From positions 12,538,879 to 12,602,878 of the forward strand of contig MU053881.1 in assembly GCA_013239625.1 (NCBI GenBank): DNA of 64,000 nucleotides, in the 5' to 3' direction. Shown here piece after piece: positions 25,391-35,025 of the stretch. Origin of the DNA: Lama guanicoe (lineage: Eukaryota). The notes beneath the pieces were generated by a model. The model had not been told where the DNA came from. It searched no databases and saw only the letters and a program-made list of their open reading frames with translations. Within the stretch, counting starts at the first letter, position 1, and the number at the start of each line of letters is the position of its first letter. The position numbers were made by a program, and so were the translations under genes.

Positions 25391-26300
25391 AATGGGGAAA
25401 AAAAGCTTACTCCCAAGGAGGACCTCTTCTTTGCATCCTTCTACTCTCATCCAGAATCACATCTATCTTTCCTTCCCCTTTGCAGCCCCTGATCTACTAC
25501 TTCTTGATCCCTAACTTCTGACCCTGTGTTCCTGGACTGAGGGACTAATTCTCTACCAGGAACCCAATAACTCAGTAATGACCCATCCAAAACATTTGTA
25601 TTTAAACCTTGGCCTGCATTATCTTATCCCAAAGGCTTTTCAACTCAAGTCACATTCAGTTTAATTCACCTTCCTGTGCCCCTGTGACCATGGACTCGTC
25701 TGAGCCCCTCCTACCCCAAATCAGTACTTCAACACCAGCAGAAAATAAAATGGAAAAGAATGGGGAAAAATAAAGACTCAGTCTTCCCTGGTTGATAAAT
25801 CTCCTGGGTAGAGGATTTATGACAGTTGAGTTCATTTTGGAGGATCTGTCTTTCGTCAGATAAAAGGGGGTGCAGAGAAAGCCTCTCCCTGCATTTGCTA
25901 TTTTTCAAATATCCATAAACTCAAAACAACCAGTATCCAAAGCAGCATATTTCATATTTTGGGACAGCATGTCCTAAGCCCCTGTGGTCTTCTTTTAGGG
26001 TGCTATATTTTGCTATCCTTCCCATGTCTTCTCAAGGCGCAGAGCAGGGTGGAAAAGGAAGGAGAGTGAACCTTGGAAGGGCAAAGGGAAGATACCAAAT
26101 TGTATCTACTGTCAACTTAACCTTTAACTGACCAACTTATGTAAAACAGATCTTCTGATTCATCTCTCTCCTCTGACATTGCTCTCTACCACATCACTGG
26201 TTATCTCTTTCATATCACTTAACTTCAGTGGGATATGGATCGCCTTTATTTATTTGTATATTTTGTATTTGTATGACTGCCTTCACTAACAAGTATCTTT

Positions 26301-26666
26301 TGTGGATGTTTTGATCGGTGCTCTGGTGGTCATCTTCTTTTCATTTAGGTACCTGGAGAGATTGTACTTCCCTGCCCACCTAATGGTTGGCTGGTATGTC
26401 TATGGCTTGTTTCGGCCGATGACTTGTGGGAGGAGTGAGAGAGTCCTTTCTAGGTGGAAACACTCTCTTGAGCTGTTTTTCTCTCATTGTCAGAGTGACC
26501 AGCAATGTTTGAGATGGTTGCTGCTCCATCAGCTGTCATCCAGAGTGAGAAGACCTGGAATGGCAGTAGTTGATATGAGGCAGAACTAGACCTTGACTTT
26601 TGTGAGTCAGTCAGTGAGACTTTGGGATTGTTTGTTAGCAGAATATAGCGTAGCCCTCTTCTGACA
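26301..26666 (+). mobile_element. MLT1I/J-type MaLR LTR
   Basis: gattgtacttccctgccc...gagatggttgctgctccatcagc...gagactttgggattgtttgttagc. Confidence 0.7.
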
Positions 26667-27398
26667 ATTCCTGAATTGCGGAGAGAATGAACAAACTTGT
26701 CTCTTAATTTGAGCAGAAGATTTTTAGGGCCTCTGATCATCCAAGTAGCTAATTTACATAGTTTTGAAACTTTAGCTTGTCAATATGTCCTTGTCATGAC
26801 CTTAAATTCACAAGTTGAATATTATATTCCATCTCACAGTAGAAGGACTTCTAAATATAACTCTCATTAATGCCAACGCTCCTTTGCATATTGGAATGAC
26901 ACTCTAGCCCTTGAAATTGTAACTTTGAGTGAGAACGACACATGAAAGACAGATCAGAATCAGGCAGGCAGGCTCTCCTGGGAGGACAGGAACTAATTTG
27001 CGTTTTGAATTTATCCTTTTGATGTTCTATTATTCCCAACAATAGTAAGTAATTTTAAGACAGAGAATTGAAGCTGCCTAGGCCTGTTCTGTTCTCTCAT
27101 GTCTGGTCCACTCTTGTTATTCAAATGTGACTCTCATTCATTACTTTTATTTCTAGACAAATAGGTCTATAGACATGTACATTGCTTTGTCCTGAATGTT
27201 AAACAGGAAGAAAAAAAAGGTTCTTAGCACAGCAAATTTACAAAAAGCATGAAAAATTTGAAGTTGAGTGCATCAAAAGCCGAGACCATGTTTTAATTGC
27301 CTGTTTTACTGGATCTTGCTTTGGGTGGGTGAGAATATTTTTTATTTTTTAGGTTTAACCAAACTGACAAAAAGTTTTAACCAAGTGTAACTTAAACG

Positions 27399-27471
27399 TT
27401 TTTTTTAAATGGAGGTACAGGGGATTGAACCCAGGACCTCATGCATGCCAAGCACACACTCTGCCCTCCCC
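27399..27471 (-). mobile_element. tRNA-Ala-derived SINE (vic-1 type) with the A box deleted
   Basis: Reverse complement ggggagggcagagtgtgtgcttggcatgcatgaggtcctgggttcaatcccctgtacctccattt, then an A tail. Confidence 0.85.
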
Positions 27472-29109
27472 ACACTATAACTTTTAATCAGCATTTTCTA
27501 GGGAGGGGATTCTTTTGGGGAAATAAGAAAGATAGAAACCTTCACCCATCAGTTTCAATAAAAAATTTACAAGCCCACTGCTTTTCCTAGCGTAGGGAAA
27601 ATTGGGATCAGACATGAATATGGACTGGTGATTTTTTCTATTTTGTTCAATGTGTTCAGAGACCACTATTTAAGCACACAGCTCAAGAATCACATTTGTA
27701 AGTAGCCAGAGATTTTCAAAATTAGCTCTAGGGTATATGAAAAAATAAAAAGACTTTTCTAAGTGAAGTTGTTACTGACAATTAATCACTGTATGTCTCC
27801 CCCCTCAAAAAAAGATTGAGTAGTTAGAATTATACTGATTCCTATGAATAAGATAATCAAATGAAATTGGTGTGGAAGAGTTGTCAATCATATAGTGAGA
27901 AATCTAGGTGCTGCACAGAAGATGGACTCATGGTCCAGTAAAGAGAAAGACTTCATATTTGTTTTGTTTGGTGGACTTAGGGGACAAGGGCTTTGGAAAA
28001 AAGTGCTGTTCTTGAGGGCTTCATACACAGGAAATTCAGTCAAGTAGATTCCTGTGAATTAACTTCCATTACATGCAAACCTGACCAAGTGGATCCCATC
28101 TATTCTTATTTCTGCACCTCAGCTATTTATTTTTTTACTTCAGTCCCAGCCATCCTTGTAGAGGGCTGTGTCAGGGAGATGAAGCCAGTTGTTAGATTCA
28201 GGCAGATGACTGAGCCAGGGACTAGGAACCAGAAATGGGGCCAGGAACTAGGAACTTCAAATGGGATGGATATGAAGGAAACTGTCACTTCCCAGGTAGT
28301 GCTGGACGAGAGGTGAGCAGGTAGGCAGGTGTTTTAATACAAACTTTTCGTATTGAGTGGCTTCAATAAAATCCCCACTTTGGGGAAGTATACATGCTGC
28401 TCAAAGACAGATGATTTAGGCCTTTTAGCTCAAGGTTGTCATACCTTTCAAGAACGAACAACTGTTCACAGTTATTACTAAAGCCTACTGAATATTCCAC
28501 CTACTGAATAGCTTGGAGCCTACAAGTAATTTCACTTCCTACTTTATGATATGATGAATATTTGTGATAAGCTTTTGTCATTCTGTGTAACAGATCAGTG
28601 TTTCTCTTGGTAATTCGGGAGCATCTAATTGACTGGACTTGTACACGTTGTTGATCAATATGTATTATATCCATTTAACAGAGGACTCTAAAATTATTTC
28701 TCTATCTCTTCTTCAGAAGACGAAAAGTACACAAACCTACTTTCAGATATGCGCAAAACAACCTAATGTTAACCATCTTCATTTATGATGTAATTATCTT
28801 GATCTAAGTCTTCTTAAAGCCTTGTAAAACTCTGAGAAAGATTAAATTATGCAGCATATACATGGCTAGCTAGATACAGGTAGAGTGTATGTGTGTTTGT
28901 GTGTGTATGTGTGTACATATGTTCAGAAATTGTTGAATGAAAGGATCCTCTGCCTTAATATTTAGCTAACCAGACAATTCAATTAACTATAGTTTCTCAG
29001 TGCATGAGTGAGTTTTCTATATAATATAAAATGTTTTGATTAGCTGATAAAATATCCAATTAAAATCCAAAATGAAATTCAAGACCATAGCACAAAATTA
29101 TTTATCCAA

Positions 29110-29270
29110 GGAGAGGGTATAGCTCAATTGGTAGAGTACATGCTTAGCATGCATGAGGTCCTGGGTTCAATCCCCAGTACCTCCATTTTGTAAATAAATA
29201 AATAAACCTAATTACCTCCCTCCTCAAAAAAAAGAAAAAAAAGCTCAACATAACCTTAAAAAAAGGAAGA
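29110..29270 (+). mobile_element. tRNA-Ala-derived SINE (camelid vic-1 type), full length
   Basis: A box TAGCTCAATTGG, B box GGTTCAATCC, tail (taaa)n-cctaattacctccc-A-rich. TSD aaaattatttatccaa (29094-29109) / aaaagtatttatctaa (29271-29286). Confidence 0.92.
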
Positions 29271-29461
29271 AAAAGTATTTATCTAACCAATTACTTATTA
29301 TTAAATCTGTGTTTAAAAGTCATTGTTAAAATATACTTTAGTGACCAATTTTAATTCTTGTATAGTAAGGCCCCTAATATAGGCATTTGTTTAATATACT
29401 GAAAACAGTCTTGAAATAATGAGCAAGAAAGTATGTAATCTTGAATCTCTGAATGTGTTAG

Positions 29462-29806
29462 TGTTATGGACTGAATGTTGTCCCTTGAAAATTCCTGTGT
29501 TGAAGCTGGAAGCCCCAGGGTGATGGTATTTGGAGATGGGTCCTTTGGAAGGTAATTAGGTTTAGATAAGTTCATGAGGGTGGGGATCCCAGCATGAGAT
29601 TAGTATATACGAAGAGAAAGAGAGACCAAAATACTTTCTCTCTCCACCTTGTGAAGACACAGCAAGAAGGTGGCCATTTACAAGGTCCGAACTGAATAGG
29701 CTGGCATCTGATCTTGTACTTGTCAGAACTGTGAGAAACACATTTGTGTTCTTTAAGCCACCCAGAATACGGTATTTTGTTACATCACCCTGAGCAGACG
29801 AACACA
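29462..29806 (+). mobile_element. MLT1A-type MaLR solo LTR
   Basis: TGTTATGGACTGAATG...AACACA; 5-bp TSD gttag/gttat. Confidence 0.9.
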
Positions 29807-30199
29807 GTTATCTATCATTCTGGGGTTAGTAACTCATGCATCAGAGTTCTCAATGAGTCTTTGGAATGTAAAGGCAGGTGTTCTTTTTTCTCTGTTCCGA
29901 AGCTCTTTGAAAATGTAGTGGTACTATGATGTGGGTTTCATGGCATGTAGTTTGTCAAAGCTTGCTTTGGAGGTGTAGATGATGCTTGGATAGGGGTGGC
30001 TTCTTGTGACTTTGTCAGATACTGTGTGGAGAATGTATGGGGTGAGTTCTTGGTGAGTTCTATTTGAAGTTAAATCTGGAGTAAAACTAGTTTTAGTCAG
30101 GGCAACGAGACTGATATGTTTGGTTTTAGGGCGGTTCTTTGCTTTTGGACAGGTCTGTCTCGTGTTAACTCTAAAAGAGAAGACATCATATGATATTTT

Positions 30200-30835
30200 T
30201 TATTTGAGTGATATCATATGGTATTTTTCTTTCTCTTTCTGGCTTACTTCACTTAGAATGATGATCTCCAGGTCCATCCATGTTGCTGTAAGTGGCATTA
30301 TTTTACTTTTTTATGGCTAGTAGGATTTCATTGTATAAATATACCACAACAGCTTTATCCAGTCATCTCTTGTTGGACATTTAGGTTGTTTCCATGTCTT
30401 GGCTGTTGTATATAGTGCTGCTGTGAACATTGGGGTGCATGTGTCTTTTTGAATTAGAGTTTTTGTCTTTTCCAAATGTATGTCCAGGAGTGGGATTGCT
30501 GGATCATATCTATTTTTAGTTTTTTGAGAAATCCATACTGTTTTCTGTAATGACTGCATTTTCTTCTTCTTTTTTTTTTTTTACTATTTTTAATTGGTTT
30601 TTTTAAAATATTGAATTGCATAAATTCTTTATATATTTTGGATATTTAGCCCTTTCTCAAACATATCACTTGCTAATATCTTCTCCCGTTCATCAAGTTG
30701 TCCTTTTGTTTTGTTAATGTTTTCTTTCGCTGTGCAAAAGCTTTGAAGTTTGAATAGGTCCCACTGATCTATTTTTATAATTGTTTTTCTTGACTGAGGA
30801 GATATATCCAAAAAAAATTCCTAAAACCTATGTTC
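30200..30835 (-). mobile_element. L1 ORF2 C-terminal fragment with an internal deletion and no 3' UTR
   Basis: ORFs 30317-30559 ([24 protein letters not shown]) and 30629-30811 (KIDQWDLFKLQSFCTAKE). Confidence 0.88.
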
Positions 30836-30849
30836 TTATTCTTCATGCT

Positions 30850-31295
30850 TTGTATGGCATTGACTCAACCCCCCCTCCCGCCAGCTTAAGAGATGGACTT
30901 CAGAGTTACATCTAACCATTCAAAATATTGCTTTTTTTCTGGTCAAAGATCAGGAATAAGTATGTCACTTAATAAGAGCCAATGAGGCAAAAACAAAACT
31001 TACCTGAGTTGCTAAGGAAAAGGTATAAGCACTTTTCCTATTGGATTCGAACCTGGAAGCTTGTGTCCTGGAACTGTTGGTTATTATTTTGCCTCCCCTG
31101 AGATTGATGCCAATGCTGAGGAGAATAGAACCAGTAGAAAGGAAAGATCTGGGACCTTATGTCATTATTTGAGTCTTTGAATAAAGACATACCTGAAACA
31201 TATTCTTGGAATTTACATTATCTGATTCTAATACCTTTCCTTTTAAAAATAAGTATATTTTGTGTTTAATTTCCTGAAAGTCTCATGGTTGATGT
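30850..31295 (+). mobile_element. ERVL LTR (LTR16/LTR33-like)
   Basis: agagccaatgag...gatgccaatgctgagg...tttgagtctttgaataaagacatacctgaa. Confidence 0.5.
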
Positions 31296-32393
31296 AGTTA
31301 CTTAGCAAACTAAGTGCTCAAAATGGAAAATTAAGTTACTAAAAGAACTTTGGATGGAGGGAACAATTGCATGGAGGGAATTAATATTTTAAAAAAGGTG
31401 CCATTTTGAGCTTTTCTAGGAGTTTTAAGGAAAATTTAGGTTATTTTTCCCTTTCCTTATAGTATGTTTTATTCTTGCTACCATGATAATTACTATAATC
31501 ACATTAGCAAGATATCAAAAGGTCCTGCTGTTAATTATGGAGAAAACAGGAACACTTTGTAATACTGTCCCTAATTATTAAATATTTTATTTGCAAATCC
31601 AGAATCTTCCTCCAGAGGAAAGAAAATGCCCCATTTTTTGCAGAATGTCATGAGGCTAGGGACAGTCTATTACAACCTCTGTAAACCTCCCTTCTCTAAT
31701 CTGTGCAATGGGAAAAATTCCTCCCATCTAACACAAAAATTGTAAGGATGAAATGAAATGATGTGCTTATAGGTGCTTGGTTAAGTGATTGAATAATTGC
31801 CCATGATTATAATGGTGGGAACTCAGCAAGAAATAAATAAATGATATAACTCTGAATCTTTTAATTTGTTCATGATAAGCTGAAATATAACTTGTGTTGA
31901 CATGGATATTTAATTTTCTACTCTTGAAGTTTAAAAAAATGTATTGAAGAGTTATTAAGGCCTGGCCTAGTCAGTGTTGTTTGCATTAATTGGACTTGTT
32001 TGCAGTTAGATGGATAAGAGTCTCAGTTCCCTAGATTTTTAATTCCTTGGAGTCCCGGGGCAAACACTATCCAGACTTCCTTTCTGGGACTCCTCTTCGC
32101 TGTTCTTATATAGCCTTTTGATTCTTCAGTTACTCTGTTTATCTCGGAATATTGAAACAATATGCATATGCCTATATATCAAAGGCTTCTGCTAAACTGA
32201 GAACTCTTTGAGGCCAGATCTATATCTGCTTAACAACCTCTCAATGCCAAGCAAGTCACACAGAGCAGCAAATCAGAAGGGCTTCTTTTATTCCTTATGT
32301 AGCATTATTTTAAAAGTTTAGTCTGTGCTCACAGCTCCGTTCATATTACACTGAATGTGACTAAGGGGGATTTCTCTATTAAAACTTCTTACT

Positions 32394-35025
32394 TCCCAAA
32401 CTCATTCTATGAAGCCACCATCACCCTGATACCAAAACCAGGCAAAGACACTACAAAAAAAGAGAATTATAGGCCAATATCACTGATGAACATAGACGCC
32501 AAAATCCTCACCAAAATTTTAGCAAATAGAATCCAACAACACATAAAAAAGATTATACATCATGACCAAGTGGGGTTCATCCCAGGGACACAAGGCTGGT
32601 TCAACATACGCAAATCAATCAATGTAATACATCACATCAACAAGAGAAAGGACAAAAACCACATGATCATCTCAATCGATGCAGAAAAAGCATTTGATAA
32701 AATTCAACACCCATTTATGATAAAAACTCTCACCAAAGTGGGTATAGAGGGAACATATCTCAACATAATAAAAGCTATATATGACAAACCTATAGCCAGC
32801 ATAGTTCTCAACAGTGAAAAACTCAAAAGCTTCCCACTAAAATCTGGGACAAGACAAGGATGCCCACTATCACCACTCCTATTCAATATAGTCCTGGAAG
32901 TCCTAGCCACAGCAATCAGGCAAGAGAAAGAAATAAAAGGGATCCAAATTGGAAAAGAAGAGGTAAAAGTGTCATTATATGCTGACGACATGTTACTATA
33001 TATAGAAAACCCTAAAAGGTCCACAAAAAAGCTACTAGAGCTGATCGAAGAATTCAGCAAGGTAGCAGGTTACAAAATTAATGTTCAAAAATCAGTTGCC
33101 TTTCTTTACACTAACGATAAATCAACAGAAAAAGAAAGTAAAGAAACAATCCCCTTTAAAATAGCACCCAAAGTAATAAAATATCTGGGAATAAATCTAA
33201 CCAAGGAGGCGAAAGAATTATACACAGAAAACTATAAACCATTGATGAAGGAAATTAAAGAAGACTTTAAAAAATGGAAAGATATTCCATGCTCTTGGAT
33301 TGGAAGAATCAATATTGTTAAAATGGTCACACTGCCCAAGGCAATCTACAGATTTAATGCAATCCCTATCCAATTACCCAGGACATATTTCACAGAACTA
33401 GAACAAATCATAATAAAATTTATATGGAACCATCAAAGACCTAGAATTGCTAAAGCATTACTGAAGAGAAAGAAAGAGGCTGGAGGAATAACTCTCCCAG
33501 ACTTCAGACAATACTATAGAGCTACAGTCATCAAGACAGCATGGTATTGGTACCAAAACAGACATATAGACCAATGGAACAGAATAGAGAGCCCAGAAAT
33601 GAACCCACAAACTTTTGGTCAACTCATCTTCGACAAAGGAGGCAAGAATATACAATGGAATAAAGACAGTCTCTTCAGCAAATGGTGTTGGGAAAACTGG
33701 ACAGCAGCATGTAAAACAATGAAGCTAGAACACACCCTTACACCATATACAAAAATCAACTCAAAATGGATTAAAGACTTAAACATAAGACAAGATACAA
33801 TAAACCTCCTAGAGGAAAACATAGGCAAAACATTATCTGACATACATTTCAAAAATTTTCTCCTAGAAGAAATAAAAGCAAGAATAAACAAATGGGACCT
33901 AATGAAACTTACAAGCTTCTGCAGAGCAAAGGAAACCAGAAATAAAACAAGAAGAAAACCTACGGAATGGGAGAAAATTTTTGCAAGTGAAACCGACAAA
34001 GGCTTGATCTCCAAAATATATAAGCAGCTCATACGACTCAATAAGAAAAAAATAAACAACCCAATCCAAAAATGGGCAGAAGACCTAAACAAGCAATTCT
34101 CCAAGGAAGACATACAAATGATCAAAAAGCACATGAAAAAATGTTCAATATCACTAATTATCAGAGAAATGCAAATCAAAACTACAATGAGGTATCACCT
34201 CACACCAGTCAGAATGGCCGTCATTCAAAAATCCAAAAATGACAAATGCTGGAGAGGCTGTGGAGAAAGGGGAACCCTCCTACACTGCTGGTGGGAATGC
34301 AGTTTGGTGCAGCCACTATGGAAAACAGTGTGGAGATTCCTCAAAAGACTAGGAATAGACTTACCATATGACCCAGGAATCCCACTCCTGGGCTTGTATC
34401 CAGAAGGAAATCTACTTCAGGATGACACCTGCACCCCAATGTTCATAGCAGCACTATTTACAATAGCCAAAACATGGAAACAGCCTAAATGTCCATCAAC
34501 AGGTGACTGGATAAAGAAGAGGTGGTATATTTATACAATGGAATACTACTCAGCCATAAAAACCGACAACATAATGCCATTTGCAGCAACATGGATGCTC
34601 CTAGAGAATGTCATTCTAAGTGAAGTAAGCCAGAAAGAGAAAGAAAAATACCATATGAGATCGCTCATATGTGGAATCTAAAAAACAAAAACAAACAAAC
34701 AAACAAAAACAAAGCATAAATACAGGACAGAAATAGACTCATGGACAGAGAATACAGACTTGTGGTTACCAGGGGGGTAGAGGGTGGGAAGGGATAGACT
34801 GGGATTTCAAAATTGTAGAATAGATAAACAAGATTACACTGTATAGCACAGGGAAATATACACAAAATGTTATGATAAATCACAGAGAAAAAAATGTGAC
34901 AATGAGTGTGTATATGTCTATGAATGACGGAAAAATTGTGCTGAACAGTGGAATTTGACACAACACTGTAAAATGATTATGAATCAATAAAAAAAGTAAA
35001 TAAATAAATAAATAAACAAACAAAA
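32394..35025 (+). mobile_element. Young 5'-truncated LINE-1 (2.63 kb)
   Basis: Perfect 13-bp TSD AAAACTTCTTACT (32381-32393 / 35026-35038) at a canonical TT|AAAA endonuclease site. 3' UTR with G tract, AATAAA and an A/(TAAA)n tail. Confidence 0.98.
32396..34681 (+). CDS. LINE-1 ORF2p fragment: complete RT domain and C-terminal CCHC region; EN domain and ORF1 absent
   Basis: Uninterrupted frame [61 protein letters not shown]. Confidence 0.95.
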   Translation, partial: PNSFYEATITLIPKPGKDTTKKENYRPISLMNIDAKILTKILANRIQQHIKKIIHHDQVGFIPGTQGWFNIRKSINVIHHINKRKDKNHMIISIDAEKAFDKIQHPFMIKTLTKVGIEGTYLNIIKAIYDKPIASIVLNSEKLKSFPLKSGTRQGCPLSPLLFNIVLEVLATAIRQEKEIKGIQIGKEEVKVSLYADDMLLYIENPKRSTKKLLELIEEFSKVAGYKINVQKSVAFLYTNDKSTEKESKETIPFKIAPKVIKYLGINLTKEAKELYTENYKPLMKEIKEDFKKWKDIPCSWIGRINIVKMVTLPKAIYRFNAIPIQLPRTYFTELEQIIIKFIWNHQRPRIAKALLKRKKEAGGITLPDFRQYYRATVIKTAWYWYQNRHIDQWNRIESPEMNPQTFGQLIFDKGGKNIQWNKDSLFSKWCWENWTAACKTMKLEHTLTPYTKINSKWIKDLNIRQDTINLLEENIGKTLSDIHFKNFLLEEIKARINKWDLMKLTSFCRAKETRNKTRRKPTEWEKIFASETDKGLISKIYKQLIRLNKKKINNPIQKWAEDLNKQFSKEDIQMIKKHMKKCSISLIIREMQIKTTMRYHLTPVRMAVIQKSKNDKCWRGCGERGTLLHCWWECSLVQPLWKTVWRFLKRLGIDLPYDPGIPLLGLYPEGNLLQDDTCTPMFIAALFTIAKTWKQPKCPSTGDWIKKRWYIYTMEYYSAIKTDNIMPFAATWMLLENVILSEVSQKEKEKYHMRSLICGI

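Larger units (their letters stand above)
22860..26022 (-). mobile_element. ERV1 (MER34-like) solo LTR split into 22860-23237 and ~25773-26022
   Basis: Starts TGTAGGGG and shares motifs with the intact LTR at 39348-39858 (taataaaa.acagattaacaaga; agcatattttggg). TSD tatg/catg. Confidence 0.75.
22233..26104 (-). mobile_element. ERVL-type LTR in three pieces (22233-22331, ~22547-22859, 26023-26104); outer layer of the nested stack
   Basis: cagcaggaaa..ggtacactca...ttaataaaggg at the start. The halves rejoin as ccattgatgaagttgatatatg|tcttctcaaggcgcagagcagggtgg. Confidence 0.65.

Noticed and set aside
29113..29185. Bona fide tRNA-Ala gene
   Set aside because: It has a SINE tail, a 16-bp TSD and an acceptor-stem mismatch, so it is classed as a SINE.
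32357..32395. N-terminus of the 774-aa ORF as a genuine gene start
   Set aside because: It begins at a GTG in flanking DNA and the TSD; L1 homology starts at ~32394. This is chance in-frame read-through, not a host gene or domesticated RT.
32704..34961. Minus-strand ORFs of 65-186 aa, and similar ones at 24074-24699
   Set aside because: They are antisense shadows of L1 ORF2 and its 3' UTR, common to L1 copies.
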